Origin: Candidatus Woesearchaeota archaeon
GTDB lineage: Archaea; Nanobdellota; Nanobdellia; SCGC-AAA011-G17; JAFCDX01
DNA: 64,000 nt
Assembly (NCBI GenBank): GCA_017609465.1
Contig: JAFCDX010000002.1
Span: 11,881 to 75,880 of the forward strand
Reading direction: 5' to 3'
Both the position numbers and the translations under genes were made by a program. Of this stretch, positions 28,786 through 38,558 are shown piece by piece. The notes below the pieces were generated by a model, which was not told where the DNA came from, ran no database searches, and was given only the letters and a program-made list of their open reading frames with translations. Within the stretch, counting starts at the first letter, position 1, and every line of letters starts with the position of its first letter.

Positions 28786-29349
28786 ATGAATGAGATAAAA
28801 TTACATCTTGGTTGTGGAAAAAGATATATTCCTGGATTTGTACATATAGATATTGATAAACATCCCCATATAGATCATGTTAGGAATATCTTTGATTTGT
28901 CTATATTTGAAGATAATTCTGTAGATTTAATATATTCTTGTGGCACTTTAGAATATTTTGATAGAGAAGAGGTTGTAAATGTCCTGAAAGAGTGGAAACG
29001 TGTTTTAAAAAATAATGGAATTTTAAGATTATCTGTGCCTGATTTTGAATCTATAGTTAAGGTTTACAAAAAATACAATGATTTGGATGGCATAGGTATA
29101 TTAGGCCCTCTTTATGGAAGAATAAAAATAAATACAGAAGAAGGAGAGAAAGTTATTTGTCATAAAACAGTATATGATTTTAATTCACTTAAGAAATTAT
29201 TAGAAAGCGTTGGTTTTAAAAATGTTAGAAAATATGATTGGGAAAAGACTATACATAAAGATTATGATGATTTCTCACAAGCATATGTCCCTCATATGGA
29301 TAAAAAGAATGGGATATTAATGAGTCTTAATGTGGAGGCTGATAAATAA
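28786..29349 (+). CDS. Class I SAM-dependent methyltransferase
   Basis: LHLGCGKRYIPGFVHIDI, DLIYSCGTLEYF, GILRLSVPD (Methyltransf_11/23-like). Confidence 0.7.
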   Translation: MNEIKLHLGCGKRYIPGFVHIDIDKHPHIDHVRNIFDLSIFEDNSVDLIYSCGTLEYFDREEVVNVLKEWKRVLKNNGILRLSVPDFESIVKVYKKYNDLDGIGILGPLYGRIKINTEEGEKVICHKTVYDFNSLKKLLESVGFKNVRKYDWEKTIHKDYDDFSQAYVPHMDKKNGILMSLNVEADK

Positions 29350-29350
29350 A

Positions 29351-29506
29351 ATGAAAGATAATCTTTTATTACAGGTTTGGGGATATTTCAAAATTAGAAA
29401 GAAATGGTGGTTATTACCGATAATAATATTGTTTTTAATCATGGGATTCTTAATAGTTGTTTCACAATCTTCAGCTATATCTCCATTTATTTATACTTTA
29501 TTTTAA
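29351..29506 (+). CDS. DUF5989-like 51-aa membrane protein (absent from ORF track)
   Basis: ATG 29351 lies 1 nt after the previous stop. Translation is MKDNLLLQVWGYFKIRKKWWLLPIIILFLIMGFLIVVSQSSAISPFIYTLF*. The KKWWLLPI...SPFIYTLF pattern matches small proteins that accompany carbamoyltransferases. Confidence 0.6.
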   Translation: MKDNLLLQVWGYFKIRKKWWLLPIIILFLIMGFLIVVSQSSAISPFIYTLF

Positions 29507-29510
29507 TGAA

Positions 29511-31247
29511 TTATTTTTTAGATATCAAATAATTTCCCATTGTTAAATATTTGAGATCAGAATTCTCCATTGTATGCATAGCATCTCTCGGACTTAATAC
29601 CATTGGTTCTCCATGAAGATTAAATGAGGTGTTCAATACAGCATTTATCCCAGTAATTTTTCCGAACTCTTTTATTATTTTATAATAGCTAGGATTCCAT
29701 TTTTCTTTTACAATTTGGGGTCTTGCGGTTTTGTCATAAGGGTGAATTGCAGCTATTAATTCTTTTTTTGCTTTTTTTGTAGTGTCAAAAGTAATTATCA
29801 TATAAGGTGCGAATATATTTTTAGGATTTATGATATAATCTTTTTCTTTTTCTTCCATTATACTTGGTGTGAAAGGCATCCAAAAATCTCTTTTTTTTAT
29901 AGCTTCATTTATTATTCTTATATTTTCTATATCTGAAGGATTTGATAATATACTTCTATTCCCCAACGCACGTGCACCAAATTCTGAATTTCCATTAAGT
30001 CTTGCAACTACTTCATTTTTGGAAAGTAATTTTGCTATTTCCCTTTCTATATTTTTATGTTTTTCAATATGATATTTTTTATCATACCCATTTTGTTTTA
30101 AGAATTTATAAATTTCATCATCCTCATAATTAGGACCAAGATATAATTCCTCAAATGGGATTGGATCAAATTTTACATTATTATTTTCGCAATATTTTTT
30201 ATAACCAAAAAAAGCAGCACCTATTGCATTTGATTCATCTGCTCCACTTGGCATTGGAAAGATTGTTTTTACTTCATCCAATTCTGAGATCTTCATATTT
30301 AATTTAACATTCATAAAAACTCCGCCTGATAATGCTATGTCTTTTATTCCAGTATATCTTATTCCATTTTTTATCCATTTTATAACTAATTTCTCCAATA
30401 ATTTTTGAATCGAACCAGAAATATTGTCAAATCTTTCATATTTTAATATATTCTCAAGATAGTAACCTATGAAATACATTCTAAATTTACTTTTGAAAGT
30501 CAATCCATGTTTTTTATCCAACCAGATTAAATCTTTTATTTTATCATATGTTTTTTTTATTCCATAATCTTTGGCATATGGGGCCATCCCCATGACTTTA
30601 AATTCATGTTCTAGTGGTTTCATCCCCAATATTAATGTAGTCCAAGCATATAACCACCCAATAGAAGCTCTTTTATTTGTTTCAGCTATTCTTTTTAGAT
30701 TTTTTCCATTCCATATGTTTATTGTAGCACATAAATCATTCCCCTCTCCATCTAATGTAAAAATCAGAGTTTCTTTGTCTTTAGGTAGATTAAAGCAAGG
30801 GGAATATGCATGAGAAGTATGATGGTCTATTATTAATATCTTATTAGGATTAAAACCAAAGGTTTCGTATATATCTTTTTTCATATCTTCTCTCTTCTTA
30901 CCTACTTTTCTTTTATCAACTAATCTCTTTTTTAAATTAATGAAAGATTCTATTATTTTAAATTTGTAGATATATCTCATAAAACTTCTTTTCGATATTA
31001 AGTAATCTTTTAAATTTGTAGCAAAATAAGGATCTTTTATTACTTCATAATCATCTAATACAATATAATCAATATCTTCTTTTTTTAAGTTATTTTTGGA
31101 TAATATCCATTTTATAGATTCCATTGGTATACCAGTATGGTTTTTTATTCTAGAAAATCTTTCTTCACTTACACAATTTATTATTTTTCCATCTTTTAAT
31201 AAAGACGCCGTCGCATTATGTCCTAAATGTATTCCTATTATATTCAT
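29511..31247 (-). CDS. Carbamoyltransferase (NodU/CmcH family), divergent copy 2
   Basis: IIGIHLGHNATASLLKDGKIINCVSEERFSRIKN, DHHTSHAYS, EFGARALGNRSILSNP, NTSFNLHGEPMV. Confidence 0.85.
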   Translation of the reverse strand: MNIIGIHLGHNATASLLKDGKIINCVSEERFSRIKNHTGIPMESIKWILSKNNLKKEDIDYIVLDDYEVIKDPYFATNLKDYLISKRSFMRYIYKFKIIESFINLKKRLVDKRKVGKKREDMKKDIYETFGFNPNKILIIDHHTSHAYSPCFNLPKDKETLIFTLDGEGNDLCATINIWNGKNLKRIAETNKRASIGWLYAWTTLILGMKPLEHEFKVMGMAPYAKDYGIKKTYDKIKDLIWLDKKHGLTFKSKFRMYFIGYYLENILKYERFDNISGSIQKLLEKLVIKWIKNGIRYTGIKDIALSGGVFMNVKLNMKISELDEVKTIFPMPSGADESNAIGAAFFGYKKYCENNNVKFDPIPFEELYLGPNYEDDEIYKFLKQNGYDKKYHIEKHKNIEREIAKLLSKNEVVARLNGNSEFGARALGNRSILSNPSDIENIRIINEAIKKRDFWMPFTPSIMEEKEKDYIINPKNIFAPYMIITFDTTKKAKKELIAAIHPYDKTARPQIVKEKWNPSYYKIIKEFGKITGINAVLNTSFNLHGEPMVLSPRDAMHTMENSDLKYLTMGNYLISKK

Positions 31248-31300
31248 TTTAATTTATGTTAATGGACAATATTTAAATAAATATCTATTATTAAAATTTT

Positions 31301-32149
31301 ATGAATAAACCGTTGATTTCGATAATAATCCCTTCCTATAATGAAGAAGATTATATTAAAAAATGTATAAATAGTTTATTAAACCAATCATATGAGGTTA
31401 TTGAAATTATAGTTATAGATGATGGTTCGACAGACAAGACTTTTGAATTACTTAGAAATTATAAAAATAAAATAAAACTATTAAAACAAGATCATAAAGG
31501 GCCTGGAATAGCAAGAAATATTGGGGCTAAAAAAGCAAAAGGAAGGATATTAGTTTTTGTTGATTCAGATATGGAATTTGATAAAGATTATATCATGGAT
31601 TTAACAAAACCAATCATTAAGGGTGATGCATTTGGAACTATACATACTGTAGAAAAAGTGGCTAATAAAGAAAATCCATGGGCTATTTGTTGGGGAGATA
31701 GGTTTACTGTTGATAAAAATAATGAAGGATTTATTTATAGAGCAATCCTAAAAGATAAATTTTTTGAATACGGTCCTTTTGATCCAAATTTTGGATATGC
31801 AGATGATCAAACTATTTACTTTAATTCAGGGAAAAAAGCAAAAGGGGTGAAGGCAACATGTTATCACAATAATCCTTCTTCTTTAAAGGAAGTTTATTAT
31901 CAAAGCAAATGGATAGGGGCATCTTATAGAAATAAAATTTTAAAAATACCAATATTAAATATTTTATTTTCCTTATTTTTTATTTTCCTTATTTCTCCTT
32001 TTTTAATAATTAAAAATACAATTAAAACAATCCTAAGAAATAGGAGATTTAAATATATTTATTATTATCCTGTTTTTGGGTTAGTTAAATATTTTGGTAT
32101 GTTTGTAGGTATGATTAAAAGAATATTTTTGAAAAAGAATATAAAATGA
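31301..32149 (+). CDS. Glycosyltransferase family 2
   Basis: ISIIIPSYNEEDYIKKCINSLLNQ, IVIDDGSTD, FVDSDM (DxD); C-terminal TM helices. Confidence 0.8.
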   Translation: MNKPLISIIIPSYNEEDYIKKCINSLLNQSYEVIEIIVIDDGSTDKTFELLRNYKNKIKLLKQDHKGPGIARNIGAKKAKGRILVFVDSDMEFDKDYIMDLTKPIIKGDAFGTIHTVEKVANKENPWAICWGDRFTVDKNNEGFIYRAILKDKFFEYGPFDPNFGYADDQTIYFNSGKKAKGVKATCYHNNPSSLKEVYYQSKWIGASYRNKILKIPILNILFSLFFIFLISPFLIIKNTIKTILRNRRFKYIYYYPVFGLVKYFGMFVGMIKRIFLKKNIK

Positions 32150-32209
32150 TATTTTTATTTAAAAAATAAAAACAAAAACTTAAATAATCTATTTATATTT
32201 TTAATTAGT

Positions 32210-32962
32210 ATGAAAATAGGAATAATAGGGGGAAGTGGATTAGATGATCCAAAAATCCTTCAAAATCCACAGGAATTAGAAGTAAATACTCCCTATGGAA
32301 AACCTTCTTCTAGTTTAACAATTGGGAAAATAAATGATATAGATATAGTGATATTAGCAAGACACGGAAAAAAGCATGAAATACCTCCAACACAAGTAAA
32401 TTACAGGGCAAATATTTATGCATTAAAGGAACAAGGATGTACACATATAATAACAACAACAGCTTGTGGTTCATTGAAAGAAGAAATTAAAAGAGGAGAT
32501 TTTGTAATTTTAGATCAATTTATTGATTTTACAAGACATAGGAAAATAACTTTTCACGAAGATTTTAATGAAGGACCAAGGCATACTCCTATGGCAAATC
32601 CCTTTGATGAAAATTTAAGAAAAATATTAATTGATACAGGAAAAGAATTGAATTATGATTTGCATGAAAAAGGAACTGTAATAACAATTGAAGGCCCAAG
32701 ATTCTCAACAAAAGCAGAATCACATATGTTCAGAAGCTGGGGTGCAGATGTAATTAATATGTCTGTAGCACCAGAAGCAGCTTTGGCAAATGAATTAGGA
32801 ATTCCTTATGCAAGTATTGCAATGTCAACTGATTATGATTGCTGGAAATCTGATGAAGCATCTGTTTCATGGGAAGAAATTCTGAAAGTCTTTAATTCCA
32901 ATTCTGATAAAGTTAAGAAACTTTTATTAAGTGTCATACCTAAATTAAAAAATGCTAATTGA
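32210..32962 (+). CDS. mtnP: S-methyl-5'-thioadenosine phosphorylase
   Basis: KIGIIGGSGL, NTPYGKPS, LARHGKKHEIPPTQVNYRANIYALK, TTACGSL. MTAP/PNP family blocks. Confidence 0.8.
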   Translation: MKIGIIGGSGLDDPKILQNPQELEVNTPYGKPSSSLTIGKINDIDIVILARHGKKHEIPPTQVNYRANIYALKEQGCTHIITTTACGSLKEEIKRGDFVILDQFIDFTRHRKITFHEDFNEGPRHTPMANPFDENLRKILIDTGKELNYDLHEKGTVITIEGPRFSTKAESHMFRSWGADVINMSVAPEAALANELGIPYASIAMSTDYDCWKSDEASVSWEEILKVFNSNSDKVKKLLLSVIPKLKNAN

Positions 32963-33683
32963 TGCACATGCACACTTGGATTTCAAGGATTTTGAAAAAG
33001 ACCTTAATCTTGTTATTAAGAGATTTAATGGAATAATCATACAAAATTCTGTTGATTATGAATCTATGAAAAAAACTCTTGATATTTCTGAAAAGTATGA
33101 GAATGTGAAAGCAGCATTAGGAATTTATCCATTAAAATGTCTGAAACTAACTGAAAAAGAATTAAATGAGAAATTAAATTTCATTAAGAAAAACAAGAAC
33201 AAAATAATTGCTCTGGGCGAGATTGGGATTGATTTAAAGGAAAGTTCAGAAGAGAAAAAACAAATTAAAAATTTAAAAAAATTCATAAGATTATCAGAAG
33301 AGATCAAGAAGCCAATGATTGTTCATTCAAGAAAAGCAGAAGATTTGATTCTTGAAGTGTTAAAAGATACAAAATCAAAAGTAATATTGCATTTTTATTC
33401 AGGAAATGTTACTCAAGTTAAAAAAGCCTTGGAATATGGATTTTATTTCTCTGTTCCAACAATAATATCCAATTCAAAGAATTTGAAGAAATTAATAAAA
33501 ATTGTTCCTTTGAACAGAATATTAACAGAAACAGACTGCCCTTATTTATCCCCAACAAAAGAAAAAAGAAATGAGCCTGTAAATGTCAAACATACAATCT
33601 CTGTTATAGCAAAGATAAAAAATGTTAGTGAAAAAGAAGTGGAAAACCAGATATATAAGAATTATAAAAATATATTTGAGTAA
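32952..33683 (+). CDS. tatD: TatD-family metal-dependent hydrolase
   Basis: LIDAHAHLDF, GEIGID, MIVHSR, ETDCPYL. Confidence 0.85.
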   Translation: MLIDAHAHLDFKDFEKDLNLVIKRFNGIIIQNSVDYESMKKTLDISEKYENVKAALGIYPLKCLKLTEKELNEKLNFIKKNKNKIIALGEIGIDLKESSEEKKQIKNLKKFIRLSEEIKKPMIVHSRKAEDLILEVLKDTKSKVILHFYSGNVTQVKKALEYGFYFSVPTIISNSKNLKKLIKIVPLNRILTETDCPYLSPTKEKRNEPVNVKHTISVIAKIKNVSEKEVENQIYKNYKNIFE

Positions 33684-33719
33684 CATAATCTTTTTAAGTT
33701 TGAATATTTTTTAAATTAT

Positions 33720-34250
33720 ATGGAAAGTATAAAATCAAAAATAAGAACAGTTCCCAATTGGCCAAAAGAAGGAATAATGTTTAGAGACATAACTACATTG
33801 TTAAAAGATAAAGAGGGTTTTAATTTTATGATTGACAAGTTAGTTGAAAGATATAAGAATATGGATATTGATGTGGTTGCAGGCATAGAATCGAGGGGAT
33901 TTATTTTGGGAAGTGTTTTAGCTCATAGATTAAATCTTGGTTTTGTTCCAATAAGGAAAAAAGGAAAGCTTCCTGCAGAAACTGTTTCTGAAGAATATGA
34001 ATTGGAATATGGGAAAGATGTTATTGAAATTCATAAGGATGCTATTTCAGAAGGCCAGAATGTTTTGCTTATGGATGATCTTATTGCTACAGGAGGAACA
34101 AGTTTGGCTGCGTGCAATTTAATAAAAAAATTAGGTGGTAATGTAGTTGAATGTTCTTTGATAGTTGACTTGCCCACATTAAAAGGAAGGAAGAAAGTTG
34201 AAGATGCAGGCTATAAGGTTTTTAATTTAGTTGAGTTTGAGGGTGAATGA
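33720..34250 (+). CDS. apt: Adenine phosphoribosyltransferase
   Basis: [34 protein letters not shown] (PRPP-binding motif). Confidence 0.9.
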   Translation: MESIKSKIRTVPNWPKEGIMFRDITTLLKDKEGFNFMIDKLVERYKNMDIDVVAGIESRGFILGSVLAHRLNLGFVPIRKKGKLPAETVSEEYELEYGKDVIEIHKDAISEGQNVLLMDDLIATGGTSLAACNLIKKLGGNVVECSLIVDLPTLKGRKKVEDAGYKVFNLVEFEGE

Positions 34251-34654
34251 CGCCTTATCCACATTATTAATGAGATTGCTCTAGCATTTTTAAGTCTTGG
34301 ATCTTTCTTTATTTTGAAATAAATTATTTTAGATAAATCAAATATTTGATGATACATTAGACCCAAAAACAAATATATGAAAGGTGTTACAAATATTCCA
34401 ATTATGAATATAAAGATATAAAATTCTATTACATGAAATATATGCAGCAAGTCTTTTTCTTTTGCATAAGGAGAATGAAAATTATAGCAGTCTTTTAATG
34501 AGAAGTTTTTATGCTTGAAAATACAATATAAATAATGATCTATGTCAAATAACCACCCTCCAACAAATAAGAATAATGAGTTTATAAGACCTATTTCAGG
34601 ATATAGAATAAAAACTACAGGTGAGACTGCTATTAAGTGAAATAACGGATTCAT
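34211..34654 (-). CDS. Hypothetical integral membrane protein
   Basis: Four hydrophobic helices. The track start at 34663 is a TTG, so the start is set to the in-frame ATG ([10 protein letters not shown]...). No family recognised. Confidence 0.4.
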   Translation of the reverse strand: MNPLFHLIAVSPVVFILYPEIGLINSLFLFVGGWLFDIDHYLYCIFKHKNFSLKDCYNFHSPYAKEKDLLHIFHVIEFYIFIFIIGIFVTPFIYLFLGLMYHQIFDLSKIIYFKIKKDPRLKNARAISLIMWIRRHSPSNSTKLKTL

Positions 34655-34684
34655 GGAATACAATGAAATAAATTATTTAAAAAC

Positions 34685-34858
34685 TTATCTCTTTCTTTTT
34701 CTCTTTTTTGTTGTTTTTGCTTTTAGAAGTTTCTTTGTTATCATTTCATCCAAAGCAACCATTCTTTTTTCAAGTGCAAATATTTTCTTTACACCGTATA
34801 GATTGCCAAGAGATACTCCCAGAATTATAAGCAAAATGTATAATATGCCCTCTTCCAT
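34685..34858 (-). CDS. Possible 57-aa single-TM protein with basic tail (absent from ORF track)
   Basis: Minus-strand ATG at 34858 gives MEEGILYILLIILGVSLGNLYGVKKIFALEKRMVALDEMITKKLLKAKTTKKRKRKR*. Co-directional with its neighbours and more protein-like than the overlapping plus-strand ORF 34653..34901. Confidence 0.3.
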   Translation of the reverse strand: MEEGILYILLIILGVSLGNLYGVKKIFALEKRMVALDEMITKKLLKAKTTKKRKRKR

Positions 34859-34904
34859 TATTGTATCACCTCTTTTTAATTTATGTCTTGTTTATTTATA
34901 AAAT

Positions 34905-35492
34905 TTACTCTTTCAATAATTTTTTATCTACGGCTTCTTTTAACAATTTTTCATATATATTTAATATTAATTTATCATGCTCCATATGCTCTCTTTTATA
35001 TGTATTAATTTTCTTATAATCTAAGTCATACTTTTTCCAGCTCTTTCCTTCTGAACATAAATTTTGTATAATTGGTTGTATTTTGTCAAGGGAATTTACA
35101 ATTTTTGATTCTTTTGTTTTTCTTTCCTCATATTCTTTAAATAAAGTTTGTAAATCTTCCTTTAAATCGTTAGGTAATTGTGAGAAAAGTTTTTCTGCCG
35201 CTATTTTTTCCTTTTCTTTTTTATTTTTTCTTCCTTCAAAATCAAATGCAAAAGTATCTCCAGTGTAAATCTCTACTAAATCATGCATTAATGCGAATTT
35301 TAACATTTTATTAAAATCCAAATCTTTTGGAAGATCTTTTTCAAATAATATTAAAGACATTGCCAAATGCCAGGAATGATCTGCATCACTTTCATTTCTG
35401 TTTAGATTAGAAGTCCAGCACTGCCTTTCAATTGTTTTGAACTTTTCAATCTCTTTCATAAAAGAAATTAATTTGTTTAATCTCTCTTCCAT
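34905..35492 (-). CDS. HD-domain phosphohydrolase (YfbR-like 5'-nucleotidase family)
   Basis: ESDADHSWHLAM...LMHDLVEIYTGD (H...HD...D metal site). Confidence 0.7.
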   Translation of the reverse strand: MEERLNKLISFMKEIEKFKTIERQCWTSNLNRNESDADHSWHLAMSLILFEKDLPKDLDFNKMLKFALMHDLVEIYTGDTFAFDFEGRKNKKEKEKIAAEKLFSQLPNDLKEDLQTLFKEYEERKTKESKIVNSLDKIQPIIQNLCSEGKSWKKYDLDYKKINTYKREHMEHDKLILNIYEKLLKEAVDKKLLKE

Positions 35493-35493
35493 T

Positions 35494-37041
35494 TTACTCT
35501 TCCATTATGTTTTCTATTATTGCTGCAAATGCAGGTCTTGTTATTAAAACTCCGATTGAAACTCCTGCTATTGTCATTAATGCAAATCCTGTCAATAATC
35601 CTGCTCCTGCTTTTAGCAATGGAATCATGGCAACTACTGTAGTTGCATATGCAACAAATATTATGAAAAATGCTCTTTTTATCCTATCCTTCCAATTAAA
35701 GTAAGATTCCTTTCTTGAAACTTCATCAACAATAACAATTAAGTCATCAACACCAGTTCCTACTGCAGCAATTATCCCTGCTATTGCAGGAAGATCCAAA
35801 TTCCATTTTACAAATGCAGCAACACCCAACAATATTAATATCTCGCTTATGGATGTGAATATCAAAGGCAATGTAATCTTGAAATTCCTGTATCTTATAA
35901 ATACAACAGCGGCAACCGCTAATATTGCTAATATACCTATTAAGAATGCATTTTTAACAAACTCTTCTCCTAATATAGGAGAAACAGAATCAAATTTTGT
36001 TATATCCAATTTAACATCCAATGAGCCTGTTATTAAAATAGTCTGCAGGTGGTTCATACTGTCAAGTGCATCATTCAATGCTTCTGCTTTTGTAGTTCCA
36101 AATCCCCCTCCAGAAATTGCAATATCCCTTACAGGTTTTCCTTTAAGTCCTGAAGATATCCTAAGACTGTCAACCAATTTATCATCCAAATACAAATCTA
36201 ATTTTTCTGTTAAATATTCTTTTCCATTTTCCATTGTCAATGGAATGTCTTTTGTAACTTTTGCATGTTTTTCTGCTGCCTGTTCACTTAATCTTATTGC
36301 AAACTCAAAATTACATGCATAACCTTCATTAGCCTCATTACATTCTTTGACACCTGCGCACGTACCATCGTTTCTACATACAAAAGTGATATCTTCTTTA
36401 CCACCCCTAAATACTGTTTCATTTCCTATTTTTGCTTCAAACTTTCCTTGTTTTTCTATTAGGTTACGAACTTCTTCTTGTGTAGTTCCTGCAACTTCAA
36501 CAACAATATATTTGTTTCCTAATAAATCATCTGCAGGTCTTATCTTAACATCACTAAGTCCATAAACATTAAGCCTGTTTTCCATAGATGCTATTAATTC
36601 ATTTCTTTTTTCATCAGTAATATCTTCCTCAGGCTCTAATACAACCCTTGTTCCTCCTGCTAATTCAAGCCCTTTCTTAATGTTTGAAGATGGAGCTTCT
36701 TTTACAGTTAATCCTAAATCTCCTTTGTTAAGCAGGCTGTAAGATCCTTTATTAGTGGTTATTCTAAGAACTTCCTCTTCCTGCAAGTTATTTATTATAT
36801 TAATATATTCTTCAAGTTCAGATACCTTGTTTCCGTTTACAGAAGTAATTTTTTCAAGCTTTGTTTCAGGAACATCTCCCGGATTTTCTATGCCCGCTCT
36901 TGAGGCTGTGCTATTTTGCTCGACGTGCTTTATTACAACACCTTCAGATGAAACTTGCGGGTTTATTGTTATAATTGCAAATATTACAAATAAGACTAAT
37001 ATAATAACCTTCCAATTTTTCATAAGTTTTTTAATATTCAT
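35494..37041 (-). CDS. secD: Protein-export membrane protein SecD
   Basis: N-terminal TM helix, large external domain, then six C-terminal TM helices with GLELAGG and AVGTGVDDLIVIVDE-type blocks. Overlaps the upstream secF. Confidence 0.8.
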   Translation of the reverse strand: MNIKKLMKNWKVIILVLFVIFAIITINPQVSSEGVVIKHVEQNSTASRAGIENPGDVPETKLEKITSVNGNKVSELEEYINIINNLQEEEVLRITTNKGSYSLLNKGDLGLTVKEAPSSNIKKGLELAGGTRVVLEPEEDITDEKRNELIASMENRLNVYGLSDVKIRPADDLLGNKYIVVEVAGTTQEEVRNLIEKQGKFEAKIGNETVFRGGKEDITFVCRNDGTCAGVKECNEANEGYACNFEFAIRLSEQAAEKHAKVTKDIPLTMENGKEYLTEKLDLYLDDKLVDSLRISSGLKGKPVRDIAISGGGFGTTKAEALNDALDSMNHLQTILITGSLDVKLDITKFDSVSPILGEEFVKNAFLIGILAILAVAAVVFIRYRNFKITLPLIFTSISEILILLGVAAFVKWNLDLPAIAGIIAAVGTGVDDLIVIVDEVSRKESYFNWKDRIKRAFFIIFVAYATTVVAMIPLLKAGAGLLTGFALMTIAGVSIGVLITRPAFAAIIENIMEE

Positions 37042-37900
37042 TTTTTAGATATAATTTTAATATTCCTGTGTTTGTTAAATATGTAGACACTATATCCACG
37101 AAAAGAGCTATGATTATTATTGTGAACATTTCCTTAAGCACTATTGAATTTGTGAACAAGGTTGCTATCAATAATGCAGATATAGTTGAAAATGTCATTG
37201 TAAGCCCTGTTTTCATTGATTCATACATTCTTTCAAATAATTTTCCGTCTTTTCTTTTTAATGTCCTTGTTGTTAACAAAATATCTGTATCAATACTATA
37301 ACCTATTATTAGTAAAAAGGCAACTATTCCTGCTGTGGATATTTTCATTCCTAGAATATCTATTATCGCAAGTGTTATTATAATATCCATGAGTGCAGCA
37401 ACTATAACAGCTATACTCGGTATAAATGTTCTAAATGCTATGAAAACAGCAATGCCCATAAATATAAATGCCACTAATACTGCTATTATCAATTCATTAA
37501 AAAAGGAACTTCCTAAAGATGACCCTGTTTCTTCAACAGAATAATTGTTTTCATCCAAGTTCATGTTTAATTTTTCTTCTAAAGTTTGTTTTAATGTGGC
37601 AGCATCAACATTTGAAACCTCTACAATGATACCTATCTGCCTTCCTGTAGCAAAGTCAGAAAGTCTTCTTACAGAAGCATCTTCAAAAAGATTCTCAATT
37701 TCATTAATATTAACTTCTTTTTCTGTGTAAATAGTAGAGGTTATACCTCCTTTTAAGGATACATCCTTTTCAACAAATTCTCCTGTCTGCATATAATTAA
37801 ATATTAAAAATCCAATTGATATCAATAACAATAAGATTGGGATTAGCATTAATTTCTTGTAATTCTTGTCATAAAATGCCTCTATTTTCAATTTTGTCAT
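37031..37900 (-). CDS. secF: Protein-export membrane protein SecF
   Basis: SecF layout (TM1, periplasmic domain, 5 TM helices) with GYSIDTDILLTTR. Confidence 0.8.
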   Translation of the reverse strand: MTKLKIEAFYDKNYKKLMLIPILLLLISIGFLIFNYMQTGEFVEKDVSLKGGITSTIYTEKEVNINEIENLFEDASVRRLSDFATGRQIGIIVEVSNVDAATLKQTLEEKLNMNLDENNYSVEETGSSLGSSFFNELIIAVLVAFIFMGIAVFIAFRTFIPSIAVIVAALMDIIITLAIIDILGMKISTAGIVAFLLIIGYSIDTDILLTTRTLKRKDGKLFERMYESMKTGLTMTFSTISALLIATLFTNSIVLKEMFTIIIIALFVDIVSTYLTNTGILKLYLKNEY

Positions 37901-37950
37901 GAAAATATCAAATGCTAAATATTTAAAAATCTATGCCTTATTTATAGAAT

Positions 37951-38442
37951 ATGATAGAAATATTGAGATTGAGTCATAGGATAAAAAGAGACGTTAGAGT
38001 AAGCACTCATACAGCTTTGGCAGCAAAGGCATTTGGTTCTTCTAAGATATATTATTCAGGGGATAAGGATAAAAAAATGGAAGAGACAATTAATAAAATA
38101 TCAAAAAATTTTGGAGGCAATTTTGAAATTGAATATGTTAAAAATCCGTTGTCCTTTGTAAAAAAATATAAAGGATTTAAAATTCACTTAACAATGTATG
38201 GTTCTTCTTTTAAGGATAAAATAAAGGAGATAAAAAAACACAAGAACATATTATTGATTGTTGGTTCTGAAAAAGTTCCTCCAGAATATTACCATGAGTC
38301 TGACATGAATGTTGCTGTTGGAAAAATACCACATTCAGAGATATCTGCCTTAAGTATTTTGTTATATGAAATAAAAAATCACAAGATTCCTTCTTTCAAA
38401 AATTCAAAAGTAAATGTATATAAAAAGTTCATTAGTGCATAA
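37951..38442 (+). CDS. trm56: tRNA (cytidine56-2'-O)-methyltransferase aTrm56 (SPOUT)
   Basis: ILRLSHRIKRDVRVSTHTALAAKAFG, IHLTMYG, LIVGSEKVP, PHSEISALSILLYEI. An archaea-specific family. Confidence 0.85.
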   Translation: MIEILRLSHRIKRDVRVSTHTALAAKAFGSSKIYYSGDKDKKMEETINKISKNFGGNFEIEYVKNPLSFVKKYKGFKIHLTMYGSSFKDKIKEIKKHKNILLIVGSEKVPPEYYHESDMNVAVGKIPHSEISALSILLYEIKNHKIPSFKNSKVNVYKKFISA

Positions 38443-38558
38443 GCAGTTGGTAGAATCAACTAAGAGTAAATATACTTTCTTTTTCTCATAAAGTTTAAAT
38501 AACTCTACTAAATTTTAACAATCAATTTCAAAGAAATCAAAATCTTTATATTAAGTTA

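Noticed and set aside
34653-34901. 82-aa plus-strand ORF from the track.
   Set aside because: Its translation is Phe/Leu-rich and it runs against the local gene direction. It begins inside the start of the neighbouring minus-strand gene. The minus-strand 57-codon ORF (34685-34858) explains the region better, though it too is low confidence.
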